Source: the human T2T-CHM13v2.0 reference genome, Homo sapiens. From it: 64,000 nt of DNA. Where the stretch lies: assembly GCF_009914755.1 (NCBI RefSeq), contig NC_060925.1. One strand, given 5' to 3'. Position 1 is the stretch's first letter; each line of letters opens with the position of its first letter. The notes below the pieces were generated by a model. The model worked only from the letters and a program-made list of their open reading frames with translations, did not search any database and was not told the origin of the DNA. Both the position numbers and the translations under genes were made by a program. Positions 1 to 14,437 of the stretch are shown piece by piece.

Positions 1-380
1 ATATGTAGTCTGCATTATCAGAAAACTCCCAGACTCACTTAACTTTGGGGCTTTCATAACTGTCTGTCTCCGTTCATGGTCACCCAGATCAACCAACAGA
101 CCTGAATTGACCAATCAGAATTCAACAAGTGTTGATCAATCGAACTCAGCAGGCATCAGCCAATCAAAACTAAGCAAGTTTGCATCCTTCTTTTGCATAA
201 GCGAACCAGAATGGGAACCTGGGCAAAAACTTTTTTTATAATAGATAACCCCTCTTTTTTATCTCTTTTAATGCACTTTCGTTTTGTACCAAAGACTTCT
301 TCTCCTTGGTTTACAAACTGTTTCCTGAAATGAAGTCTCTTGATTTTTGTTAAAAAAAAATCTTTTTTAGTGGATTTACA
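1..380 (+). mobile_element. ERV1 LTR 3' portion (MER67/MER72-like), truncated by window start
   Basis: Repeated CCAATCA boxes, 'ctaagcaagtttgcatcc...gggaacctgggc' and terminal '...gtggatttaca' resemble MER4-group ERV1 LTRs; exact family uncertain. Confidence 0.6.
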
Positions 381-2516
381 GACACAGGCCATATGTGGTG
401 CCAGGGGGTTGGGAAAAGTAGGGGAGTTGAAATTTATTCTGAAAGTTGAAGGGAACCACTGCTGAGTTGTAAGACTCACTCTCTGAGGTCTAACCCCCTT
501 CTCAGAGGCCTGAAAAATCCTACCATTAATACCCAGAAGCAAGACAAACAACATGCCTGGTGGTGCAATTTTTTTTATTGTGATAAAGCAACTCATCTAT
601 ACTTTTAAACACCTGTATGAAGGGACCTGATATGTGGAAACTGTTTTTCAATAAGAACCTGCAAACAACTCATCTTAAATATCCAATTTTGTCAAGTCCA
701 AAGCAGAACTTGTGTTTCCCTTCTTCAGGACCTGTGACTGCTGGTTCTTCTCTGATCTCCACCAGTCCAGCCTCCCTCTGAAGGTGGTGGCAACCAGAAA
801 GTACCTGGACTTTGACAGCACCCACTTCTGGTTCAGCTTGCTCTAGGCCAAAAAGGGCAGCTCCTTCTGAACTCTCTCCAAAAAGAGGCATCCTGCCAAG
901 ACAGAATGTTCCAACTCTGCTACACCCAGGAGATAAAACAACCAATATGTTTGAAGGAAGCAGCAATCGCGGGAGGGAAAGTAAATAATTTTATATCGGC
1001 TTGGTCAGCTGGAAGTTGAGAATGAAGTGAGACTGCCTCCCGCCCTCCCCCGGAGCTGTGAGCCTCCTGTGCACCTTGGCCAACCCTCTGTCCCCACGTC
1101 TGCCAGGGCACCTCACATAGCGCCTCATGTTCTGGTGCCCAGTCTGCCTCTCTGAGCTCCCAGAGGGCACCATCCTCTTTCAAAGGCCTTGCAATGGCAG
1201 TGACCGGGGACTCGGACAGCAAGGCCTAGGGAAGAACTCTTCCCTCTCATCATTCTTCTCTACCCCTCAAACTCATATCTTTCAAAGCTCAGAGTAGAAG
1301 AGAAAGTTCAGAAGAAAGTAAACTGCTGTGGCTAAGAAGTTATGAACATCCTCTCAGGATGTCGTCCACTTCTTTCATCTCATCCTTGGGTGGCACCTGA
1401 TTTCTTCCAGCAGCTCACACTTGTTTGGGCCTCTGTACCCGCTGGGTCTGTTTGGCCTGAAATGCTCTGTTGAGACTGTGTGGTGGAAGCTGGAGCAGGT
1501 GCTCCTCGCAGGCACCATAGCATCCTGAGTGTATTTCACATGAAGCACTTATCTCTGCAAATATGACAGGCAATCTGTTTCCTCCACCATCCTGTGCCCT
1601 TCTCAAGGGCAAGAACTGAGTATTATGCATGTTTGTATTTGGGTGCCTTGCACAGTCCCTGCACGGGGTTGGCCCTCAAAATCAAGCTTCTTAGAGTAAA
1701 TGAAACATGAGCAGGAGCGAGGCTGACTCCAGTGGCCAGTGTGCCCCCAGCACCCTGCTAGTTCCTTCTGCATGCCTGTGGGGGCTGGGGGCACAGCAGT
1801 GACAGGCTGAGGCCAGGCTGAGCAGGTCAGAAGCTTGGCCTTTTCCTTCCCTTCAGCTGCCAAAGAGCAACTAGTTAGACTAGTTCCAATTGCCAATGCC
1901 AGGCAAGGCTCTGTGTTCCTCCAATTGTTGGGGTTTTCCTGTTTGGGCCCCTTAAGATGCCACTTGGGAGAGAGAGGGCTCTTCAGCCAGCAGGCTTCTG
2001 AACATGACGCACTCTCCAGGCTTCACGGCTCTACTCTGGGTGGTTTATTTATTCGACCTCCTTTAGCAAATTATGCCTCCCATAGGCCTGTGGACTCTCA
2101 GCCGAGGCTGATTTCTCTGGGGAAAGAAAACACCTTACAGGAGAAACAGGGAGGAGGTGTTCCCCGAGTGGAAGGACACTTTTGAAAACAGCTATGTTTT
2201 ATTCTGTCAGGGCAATAAAAGAGTCTTACCTGAAAGGGTCCAGAGGCAAGAAAATAGTAATCCTGAACTCCAGAAAGAAAAATAAAACCTCTAGAGTTTA
2301 TAGGTCCTCGTCATCTCCCAAGCCAGCTCCAATCCCAAGCAAGGCCAAATGCGGAAATTCTACCTTGTTGCTTCTCTTATTAGTAGCTATCTGCTTTCTG
2401 TGAATAGCCACAGAACTCATCTAGGGTATTTTTCCCATCCTTCACTCCTTTCTTTCCAGCTGTCTCTTCCCTCCCTTTCTTCACCACTCCTGTCTCCCTT
2501 TACTCTTTCTTTATAT

Positions 2517-2959
<443 letters not shown>

Positions 2960-3038
2960 TTTCTTTATATTTTATAACCTTCCCTTCTCCGTCTCCGTCT
3001 CTCTCCAGAGCCTGCCCGGGCATGCGTGTGTGCGCATG

Positions 3039-3045
3039 CACACAG

Positions 3046-3072
<27 letters not shown>
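3039..3072. repeat. (CA)n microsatellite
   Basis: Direct read of CA repeats with one interruption. Confidence 0.95.
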
Positions 3073-3076
<4 letters not shown>

Positions 3077-3635
3077 CCCCATGGCGTGTCCTCGTACCCA
3101 TTCCCCTCTGTCACTCAACCCTTCCTATCCTGCACCTTCCCCCAGCCCGTCCTCTTTCACCCATGCAAGCCTTGGGTCCTGCCTTCTCACACCCAGTCTG
3201 CTAGCTCAGTAAAAACATTTAGCTGAATTCCTGTCCAATTCAACTTACATTTATATCAAAAGTGACTAAGCACCTACTATATAAGGCCCTGGACTGAGGA
3301 CTGGGGTTACAAAGGGGAATGAGGTAGAATTTGTTTGGGAAGATACACAGAAACAAATACTTTGGGTGCAACAGGTAGGTTGTAATGACAGAAATGTCCA
3401 CAAATCTTGGGTGCCAAGAGTGGGCACTCCTCCTGGGAGTTAAAGGAAGGTTTCAGGGAGAAGGTGATGCCATAAGTAAGGTGCGAAAAAATTCCAAAAA
3501 GAGGCAGCAACATAAACAAAGGCACAGAGACAGAAAACTGTGTGGCTTATTAAAGCAACCACCAGGAAGCAATCCAGAATTGATACGTGGAATGTTACAG
3601 AGGAAGAGTCTAATGAAGTACTAGCAGAATGTTCT

Positions 3636-3692
3636 AGAAGTCCCTTTAAGCCAGGAGAAGGGCTTTAAGCCAGGAGAAGTCCCTTTAAGCCA
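3636..3692. repeat. ~3 copies of a 19-20-bp tandem unit AGAAGTCCCTTTAAGCCAGG
   Basis: Units at 3636-3655, 3656-3674 (variant) and 3675-3692 (partial). Confidence 0.85.
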
Positions 3693-4045
3693 TACAAGAT
3701 AGGAATGCATGAAGAGTTTCAAGCAGAGAAATTGTGTGATATTACTTGGTTGCAGTGGAAGATAGACCTTCAAGCGGTCAAACCAGAGGCAGGGAACATT
3801 GCCGGGATGTTTCCAGTGGTCCGAAATGGGGAGGGCATGGACCAGGCCAGGCAGTAAGGAGGCACAGGTTTGAGACACAGGGTTAAAGAAAAAATAATCA
3901 CCATTCAGTGGCTCATTGGAGTAGGAAATAAGTGAGACAGAGTCTCAGATGCTTTTGAAGTGTGTAGGCCAAGTCACTGAAGCTCTGGAGAGGGCAGTGG
4001 CTTTAGTGGCGATGAAAAGCAGATTTTAGGGGAAGATAATGAACT

Positions 4046-4514
4046 TGTAGTGGGTTGAATGGTGGTCTCCCAAAAGATCATCCAAGTCCTAATTCCCAGA
4101 ACCTATGAAACTTACCTTATCTGGAAAAAAAGGGCTTTGCAGATATAATTAAGAGTCTTGAGATGAAAGATAATCCTGGATTATCTGGGTGGGTTCTAAA
4201 TCCAGTGATGGTTGCCCTTATGAAAGACACATAGAGGAAGACTTGAGACACACAGAGGAGAAAGCCATGTGAAAATGGAAGCAGAGGTCGGAGTGATACA
4301 ACCACAAGCCAGGAAAGCCAAGGATTGCTGGCAGCCACTAGAGGCTGGACGGAGAAGGAAGCATTCTCCCCAGGAGCCTCCTAAGGAAATTCAGCTCCAC
4401 TGACACCTGGGGCTTAGACATCTGCCCTCCAGAACTGTGGGAGAACAAATTTCTGTTGTCTTAGGCCACCCTGTATGTGGTAATTTGTTCCGGCAGCTGC
4501 AGGAAACTAATACA
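4046..4514 (+). mobile_element. MaLR solo LTR, MLT1C-like
   Basis: Starts TGTAGTGGGTTGAATGGTGG, ends GGAAACTAATACA; typical MLT1 internal motifs. Confidence 0.88.
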
Positions 4515-4529
4515 GATTTCTTGTTGGAG

Positions 4530-5070
4530 ACCCATCTTTGTGTATGAGTTCAGCAGACACTTTGGCAGATGTGGATTCAAGAGCCAGAGATAACAGTTAA
4601 AACTACGAGGTTAAGGAGGTGGTCCAAAGACAATAAACAGAGAAGGAAGAGAAATGAACCAAGCACACAGCACAGAGATACACCATGTTTGATGGATGAA
4701 ATCAGGGAAGAGGCCATGAAGGAGGCAGAGAAAAGTGGTCAGAGAGGTCAGGGGAGAGCCAGGAAAGCACCAAGTCACAGAGGCCAAGAGAGCAAAGAGG
4801 TTTTTTTTTTTTAATTATTATATTTTAAGTTCTGGGGTACATGTGCAAATCGTGGAGGTTTGTTACATAGGTATACATGTTTATTTTATTTATTTATTTT
4901 TTGAGAGCAGAGAGTTTTAAGGGGAGAGTGGTCAACAGTGTGAATGTAGGAGAGGAGTCCAAGAAAGGGTCCCAAGTATCCACTGGAGTTGATAAATAGC
5001 TGTTTACTGATGGCCCTGGTAAGAGTGGTGTTTGTGGATGATGGGAGTGAAGTCCTAATTTCCAGGGCAA
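4530..5070 (-). mobile_element. L2 fragments (also ~3250-4040)
   Basis: Purine-rich L2-like text, e.g. 'gagtggtcaacagtgtgaatg', 'aagtatccactgga'. Confidence 0.6.
4801..4902 (-). mobile_element. ~100-bp L1PA 3'-end micro-insertion inside L2
   Basis: 'ttaagttctggggtacatgtgca...gtttgttacataggtatacatgt' is the L1PA 3' terminus; flanked by GAGAGCAAAGAG (4788) and GAGAGCAGAGAG (4903). Confidence 0.8.
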
Positions 5071-6287
5071 GAGCAGGTCTTTAGAGGTCCTAAGCACTAA
5101 GATTACGTTGTCCCCACCATGTGTATTTCAAAATAAAATCAATGCTAACTTATGGTTGTAATAAAGTCCAACAGAATTCTACTTTTTCCCAAGATGTCAT
5201 CAATTTAAACATATGTTTTAATATATGTGTATGTGTATGTGCATACACACATCCATATGTAGGCTCATTATTTTTTCTTCAAAATGCCCTTGTTTAGCAT
5301 AGTGCTGGTTGCAAGGGCTTGCAGAGTAAAGGGGCCATGGAGAAGTGAGGACAATCAGGGCAACCCAGAAGCTCAAGTGAGGGGGGAGGAGAAGGGAGAG
5401 GAGGGTTGGAGGATGAGGGGACATTGTGTTGGGGGGAAGAAACTCGGTTATGCTCATAGGCTAAGGGGAAAAGCAGATCAAGAGGGTCAGATGGAAAACA
5501 CTGGTGAGAGAGAAGCAGTGACTCTGAAGCCACATCCATGCCACAGGACGTGGGGAGTTGGAGGGTCCAGGAGACACTTGGCCTGGATAGCAGGAAGGAC
5601 CTCTTGGCCTTAGAGTCTGGAGGAAATGGGATCAGATGTGGATACATCTGTAGGTGGGAGGATGCTGGTGGCCTCGGAAGTCTCCGAGAAGGGGCAGACA
5701 TGCTGGGATTGGGCACTGCTTATTGAAAGGAGCGGGTCCAGGACAGCAACTCACATGTGCACATTTCCTCAGGCCTCTGGGATCTCCCTAGTCCTGCCTC
5801 TGTGTCCCTCACCATTTCCTCCCTGCCAGAACCTGCTATCAGCAGCAGCTTAACCACTTGGTTAAACAGGGACAAAGGAGGTGGCTGAGAGGACCACTGG
5901 GGTGACAACAGGCCAAACCTTCTCTTCAAGGCCCACTCCATCCTTCCCTGCCCCTGGCCTTTGCTATAGCCCTGGCTCATTGTGCAATTTCATCCAATTC
6001 CATATCCCTAGGTCGCCTAGTGAGTTTCTCTCACCAGATCTGTACTTCTACATCATCTCCATGCCTTTCTCCCAACTTGGATTAATTCCACTGTAACCTG
6101 AGTGCAATTCTAAAACATGAATTTCCTGGATTTCTGTCTGCTCATATTTATTGAGCTGGGACACATACCTGCACACTAATGCACACACCCAACCCCCCAC
6201 CTCATCCCCCACACACATATACACACTCTGGGAATCTCTTTGGGCATAATTTTAAACAGCCCTCTCTGTGCTCAAAGATTGTTTTAA

Positions 6288-6714
<427 letters not shown>

Positions 6715-7819
6715 TAAATTTTAAACCACTTATTAGCAAATAAACTTGACCTTCCAGGAAGATGCCCATATTTGTCATGTGGCTCCTCATACCCCTTGGG
6801 ACACTGCTGAGCACTTCCAGAGGAACTTGTACCTTGTTCGAGAAACATAGATCTAAAAATTAATGCTTTGGTATTTGCAAGCCCACCAGTGTACAATCAA
6901 CAATATAGGTGATGTGTTCATGTTTGATTTACGTGTTGTTTGATTGCATTTGACAGATAGAATGTTGGCAGTTGTAGGGATCATAAGCATGGTTTGTCCA
7001 TCTGGGGTCCAGAGTGGGTAAGCGGCTGGCCCAAGGTCCCAGAGCAAGTTAGTGGTAGAGTTAGGGCTTGTACCCAGTTTCCTGAGTGCCAGTCAAAACC
7101 CTCCCATTCTGCTATATCTTTTTTTCTTGGTGTTTTTAAAGATTCCATCTAGTTCCAAAAGTATAAAATTCTAAGTAGGGGTATAGAAATTAATCCTCGT
7201 GTACTCTGAGATGTCCTCTCTTCTTCACTTACCCCTTCTTACCCTTCACTTCTTATCTTTATCCATAGGCTTCAAGCAGCTTTACTTCCCCTCTACAAGA
7301 CTGCATTTAGGTCCTAGACAAATTGAATTAATCCAATAACCCGAATAAATCGAATCACTTCTTTATATGTGATTATTTGGTGGGATTTACTCTACTAATT
7401 CAAATACCACCTTCAGTAAGACATACTCATCTTTAGGCCCGAAGTGCTCCCCATGACCTATCGGAACCTCCCCTGTCCTTCACCTGCTGCTCTCGTATTC
7501 AGGAGTCCTGGTTGGCATATTTTGTGTTACTAGAGGATAGGTCAGGCCCTATTTGGCTCTTGTTCCGTGATTTGAAGACTGAACAAATATGGAGTTGCTA
7601 GTAAGTACTCACCAGGAAAGCAGGACAGGGAATGCGTGGGGGCTGTGGGTGGCCCTGGGAGAGGCTTTTAACAGCCTGGTTCAGGGGCCCTGTAAGCGAA
7701 GGCTAGCCCATCCACTTCCTCCTCACTGCTGGCTCCTTGTTCTCTCACACGATGTACAGTCACCGAGCTCTTCCTTCACACTCTCCAGCTCCCCATAGCT
7801 ATCTATCACAATTTTTTCC

Positions 7820-8186
7820 TGGTGTGGACTGAATGTTTGTGTCCTCCCAAAATTCATAGGTTGACATCCTCACCACCAAGACAATGGCATGAAGAAGTGT
7901 GGCCTTTGGAAGGTGACTGGTCATGAGGGCTCAGCTTTCATGTATGGGGTTAGTGCTGTTATAAAAGAGACCCCAGAGAACTCCCTCAGCCCTTCCGCCA
8001 TGTGAGGACACAGTGAGAAGACAGCTGGCTATGGTCAAGGAGGGGGGCCCTCACCAGACGCCAGATCTGCTGGCACCTTCATGTTAGACTTCCCAGCCTC
8101 CAGGACTCTGAGAACAAATGCCTGGGTTTTTTAAAGCCACCCAGTCTCTGGTATTTTTGTTATAGTAGCCCAAATGGACTTAGACA
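7820..8186 (+). mobile_element. MaLR solo LTR, MLT1A0-like
   Basis: 'tgaatgtttgtgtcctcccaaaattcat...gacttcccagcctccag...cccaaatggacttagaca'. Confidence 0.88.
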
Positions 8187-8519
8187 CCTCCTGAGTGGGC
8201 CTCCTACTCTTGGACCCTTTTCCTCCAATCTACTCACTACGCAACTGCCAGAGTATCTTCTTTAAACTACATTTTTATCTTCTCGGTCCCCTTCTGCCTC
8301 CTGCTTAACCCATGAAGTCCAAGTGATTCCATTTTACCTCTACAGACTTTGAGTAACCATTCTCACCTCTAACAACCTCATTTCTTGCTAGTCCTCCAGA
8401 TGAACATCTCTATGAATAAAATAAATGCCTCTCATCATAGACCAGTAGGCCAGACATTCATGAGGTTGGAAAAGGTATGCACCTAGAGAAATGCAAATGG
8501 TTGGTTGGGAAGATTAGAA

Positions 8520-8720
8520 GATGTGATCAGTAGGAGCTAATAAGGGTTCATGGAAAATACATTCATTATATTAATACCACTTCCTGGACTCACTGTTGTC
8601 TTTGATAGGGGTTATCAAACTGTTAGATCAGGGGATTGATATAGACATGGCATATCTATATTTTAGCAAAGCCAATTTTTTTCTTAATAATATTTTGAAT
8701 AAGATGGATGAAGTTGTGTG
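8520..8720 (+). mobile_element. CR1/L3 LINE reverse-transcriptase fragment
   Basis: 8611-8673 translates VIKLLDQGIDIDMAYLYFSKA, matching the CR1 RT motif (..VDQG..D..YLDFSKAFD); upstream GFM and FDR remnants. Confidence 0.75.
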
Positions 8721-8759
8721 AACCGGCTATAATGTGTTTCCACTAATGTGATATGGGAC

Positions 8760-9848
<1,089 letters not shown>

Positions 9849-10009
9849 TTGACCTTTGGCCAGCCATTTCTCCTCTTTAGCCCTCAAGCTCCCACCTATT
9901 GCAAAAGAATAGAAATATTTACCTGCCCTATCTCACAGAGCTTATTGGAGGATAAAATTAAATTAAATACATCAGTGTTTTGAATTTTTTAGGATTTTTT
10001 AAAGTGCTG

Positions 10010-10510
10010 TGCTAGAATGCAAAATGCTACAACCACTCTTTAAAAACCTTGTCAGTTTCTTATAAAGTTAAACAAACACCTACCACGTGACCCAGCAATT
10101 CCACTCCTAGGTATTTGCCCAAAAAAGTAAAAAATTATGATCACACAAAAACCTGTAGACAAATGTTAATAGTGGTTTATTCATGGAAACAACCCAAATG
10201 GATAAAGAAGGTATAGTACATCCCTAGAATGAAATATTACTCAGCAATAAAAAGGAATGAATTCCTGGATATATACATTAACCTGGATGAACCTCAATGC
10301 ATTATGCTAAGTGAAAAAAAGCCAGACTCAAAAGGCTTCCTGCTGTATGATTCAATTTATATGACATTCTGAAAAAAGTAAAACTATAAAGGCAGAAAAC
10401 AAATCAGTGATTGCCCCTGTATTGGTGCTTGCACAACTGGGTTTCTGTCAAAACTCTTAAAAGGGCAAACTTCATGCAATAATTTATGCCTTAATAAACT
10501 CGACCATAAA
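10010..10510 (+). mobile_element. L1M (L1MB/MC-type) 3' fragment
   Basis: 'gacccagcaattccactcctaggtattt', 'tactcagcaataaaaaggaatga', 'attatgctaagtgaaa'. Confidence 0.8.
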
Positions 10511-11795
10511 AGAAAAGGTGCCATGCTAATGCAAGCTGTTAATGAATTATCATCTACCTAACAGCTGAAAAAAATGAATTACCCTCACATCTGAATGAGA
10601 TAATATAGTTCATAACTGTCACCTATGTATTACCTCAATTGAACCCCACAGCAGCCCTATGAGATAACAAGAAGAACCTCTTTCTCCTCTTACCAGATGA
10701 AGCTCAGTGTTCTTAAATTATTTCCCAATATCATACAACTAGGGAGTGACACAGCTGCAATTTTAACCAGGTTTTCTGATTTCTACTCTTTTCTCTTTTA
10801 ATGCCATTATGCCATCTAGGAGTTTTGAATAATGTCAGACAGACAAAAAAAAAATTTAGTGATTTGGGATGAGAAGCAATACAAGACCAGTGGATCTTTT
10901 ATAACTCCAAATCCAGCTTTCTCTAGCGCCCCAGGAAGAATCCTCTGAAGGCTTTCTCTTCTAAAATTGAGACTACCCTCTTTTCCCTAGGGATTAAATG
11001 TGACTCATGCAGCAGGTGGGGGCCTCTCTGCCTGTGAGAAAACAACACAAGAGACTCAATGGGGTCCAGAAATTGGCCTCCTTGCAACTCACCAATAGCA
11101 CCCTTCCCATAGGCCATGGTGGTGGTGGACCCAGTCACTAGAGTCCTGGGGTCAGAATACACAGCAAAAAAAGAAAGTAGGATGATGAGACCCTCCTAAC
11201 CAAGGAGGACTGTGGTGGGAAGTAGGTGTAGAGATGGAGACTGAGCATTAAATGCTTTTTTGTCCTGATCTGTGGATTAGAAAGATTGCCCAGTCCTGAC
11301 CAGCTCATGTCAGTCTCTTGCCACAGGATAAGAGTCATTAATATCTGTACCACTTGTTACAATGAATGAAGTGTTCTTACCTGTGTTAGGTGGTTTGATC
11401 CTCACTCCAACCTAGAGAAACTGATATTCCTACCATCTACATTTGCAAGTGAGAAAATAAAGGCCCAGAGAGGAAAGTTATTTTGCCAAGGACATCCAGC
11501 TAAAAATTGGTGAAGCAGGACTTGAATCTGTCTTCTGCATCCAAAGTCCATATTCTTCTTCTTTTTAAAATCCACAATTTTTTCCCTTACATCACTCTGC
11601 CCTTTTTTTTTTTTTTTTTTTAGATCCCAGCAGATGCAGCCCCTGAACTCACCAAGTACAGGGACTGGGGGATGCATCACAACCAATATTATGTTGTCAC
11701 GATGTGAAATTGAATAGTTAGAGATGTGCTCCCACACAGTTTCTCACTGGCAGTTGTTTTTAATAATGCATTTGTCATTCATGAGTCCTTTAACC

Positions 11796-12055
11796 CAGGG
11801 GTCCTCAACCCACCTCCCCCAGGTCCGGGGAGGTGAGCCACAGGTAAGCGAGCATTAACTCCTGATTAGATTCTCATAGGAGTGCAAACCCTGTTGTGAA
11901 CTCTGCATGTGAGGGATCTAGGTTGTATGCTCCTTATAGAATCTAATGCCTGATGCTCTGAGTTGGAACATTAAAATCATCACCCTTGCCCCATCCATGG
12001 AAAAATTATCTTCCACAAAACGGGTCCCTGGTGTCAAAAAGGTTGGTGACTGCTG
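11796..12055 (+). mobile_element. MER1B hAT-Charlie DNA transposon (internally deleted)
   Basis: TIRs CAGGGGTCCTCAACC / GGTTGGTGACTGCTG; 8-bp TSD CTTTAACC / CTTTCACC. Confidence 0.88.
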
Positions 12056-12098
12056 CTTTCACCAAAGTATACTTATTTATTTAAATCCATTTATACCT

Positions 12099-12973
12099 TG
12101 TAAGCCAAAAATAAAATTCTAAGCCCCCAACCAACTGAATGGACCCCCATCTTGGCTAAGGGGATTCCAAAGAAACCTGAGAAACTAGTTTAGACCATGA
12201 TGGGAAGGGAGTGTCAGACATGCCTCATTGAACTCTCCTCCCTTTGGAGTTCAAGCACAACTGACCAGCAGTAACATTAAAAGAGAGATCTTAAGACTGA
12301 CAACACAGACTCTTTGTAGCAATAAGATACCAAATTCCAACCTGACTCTAGTGTAGCATCACATGGCAGATAGCAGGACTTGAAAGAAATCAAAATATTG
12401 TATCCCAAAATATATTTCTTTGACATTACTTTGAAATGGTCCTGCAAAGCTGTCTTTTGTGGAAGAAATTCACATTCTGTAGAGAATCCCCTTCCCTTTC
12501 CAGGTCTTTTTCTGATCTTGAAGAGATTAGCTGAGAGTCTAGCACCTTTTAAAGGTCTGAATAGGAAACATGGCCATCTATTGCCTGTAAGAGTGGCCAC
12601 CTATGAAACTTCCTCTATGTACTAAGAACCTCAGTCTCCACAACTTTTTTCTATTGATTACAGGCCTTTAGGTAGTAACTCTTACAACCAATTGCCAATC
12701 AGAAAATCTTTGAATCCACCTATGGCCTGGAAAGCCCCCGCATCCACTGCTTAGAGACGTCCTGCCTTTCTGGACCCAACAAATGCTTACCTCACATGTA
12801 TTGATTGATGTCTTGTGTCTCCCTAAAACATACACAATCAAGCTGTAACCCAACCACCTTGGGCACATGCTCTCAGGAGCTCTTGGGGCTGTGCCACAGG
12901 TCATAATCCTTAACCTTGACAAAATAAACTTCTAAATTGATTGAAACCTGTCCCATATACTTTATAGTTTACA
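12099..12973 (+). mobile_element. ERV1 solo LTR, MER4D-like
   Basis: TG...CA termini, start TGTAAGCCAAAAATAAAATTCTAAGCCCCC, AATAAA near 12923; 4-bp TSD ACCT/ACTT. Confidence 0.85.
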
Positions 12974-14265
12974 ACTTTATAGAGGAAGTAAACTTTGAAC
13001 ATTACCCTGCCCTTTACAAAATAATATTTCTTTATTTCTTTTCAACTGACCTTTTACAACATGTAATCATTGTTCCTAATCCTACTCTTTCAAGTTATGT
13101 GAATGAATCATTCTAGCTGTGCCTTTCGTGGTTTCACATGCTCTGCTCTATCACAGTGCTCAGTCTATTGTGGGTCTGCCTTGATCCTTGTCCAAAGAGG
13201 GAAATTGCTAGGGGGACCCCATTTCAACATGGTCCCCAGTGCGTGAACCTCAGTGGTGCCTTCAGACCCAGGTCTTTATGCACTAGGGAAGGGAAGACTC
13301 TTAGGATTTTGCAGAGCAAAATACAATGATATTTTCCTTTAATTAAGGATTTTGCTTTCTTGGAGAAGGGCTGTAAACTGCAACAACTACTTTATTCTTC
13401 AAAACCTGCCTCCTGCCACAGCACATTGCTTTTGTGTTCACAGTTTTCCAACTCACATCACCCCAAATAACCCTGTTCCGTTTACCCTCCTGAAGGCTGG
13501 GCCGCCCCCCACCCCCCAGCCACACTTCAGCTCCTCTAAGTGCGGGAGCTTCTGCACTGCCTAATTACCTGCCCTGTGGAAGCCAGGAGGAGACTTCAGT
13601 CCCAGCTGGAGCCCAGCTGCTACAGAGATGGAATATTAAGACATTTTCCTTTCTTCAGAATCCTTGTTAATTCTTCCTGGTGGTGATTAGCCAGTTATTT
13701 TTAGCTCCATCTAAGCTCCCTGGTTAGTATTCAGGACTGGTTTAGACAGCTCTGAGACACACTCACCACGTTAATGCTCTGATTCCATTCGGTCCCATTG
13801 AAGTGAATAAAATTAACTTGCAGGGCAGACCCATCCCCCAGCCTCCCCAGGTGCTCCTCTCCTGCCTCTCCTTGAGGTGCTGGCTTCTGTCCAAAGGGTC
13901 TACAGTGCTGGGTCCTGGGACAAAGTCTTACAGGAGGGATCTGGGAAATGCGCAATTTTGAAACCATATGAAGTGATGGAAATAACACTGCAATGAGAGT
14001 GAAGAAATCAAGGTTTTAGTCTGAACTTTGTCACTAGCTATCTATGTAACACTAGGCAAGTTACCTTCCTTTTGTGAGCCATCGTGAAATGGTGCAGCTG
14101 GACCAGTTGGCCCCTAAGTCCTTCCCAGGACTAAGATGCTATTGAGTCACCAAGCCTAAAATAGGAGCTGAGCATGAAGAAACCTGAGCCTGGGGGAGAG
14201 TGTCTTGACAGCAAAATGCAGGTGCCTTGTTCTTTCTTTCAATTCACCTAGCTTCCCTTTTCCAA

Positions 14266-14437
14266 AGCGATTCTCCTGCCTCAGCCTCCCAAGTAGCTGT
14301 GAAAACAGATGTGTGCCACCATGCCCAGCTAATTTTTTTAATTTTAATTTTTAGTATAGACAAGGTCTTACTGTGTAACCCAGGCTGGTCTGGAACCCCT
14401 GAGCTCAAGTGATCCTCTCGTCTCAGCCTCCCAAAGT
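14266..14437 (-). mobile_element. Partial AluJ
   Basis: Alu-derived 'gcgattctcctgcctcagcctccc...gagctcaagtgatcctc'. Confidence 0.8.

Noticed and set aside
560-2200. Stack of ORFs, with a minus-strand AATAAA plus short A-run near 570, suggesting a processed pseudogene
   Set aside because: Translation in the frames I examined gave no protein family I could recognise and I found no TSD; left unassigned (BLASTx would decide)
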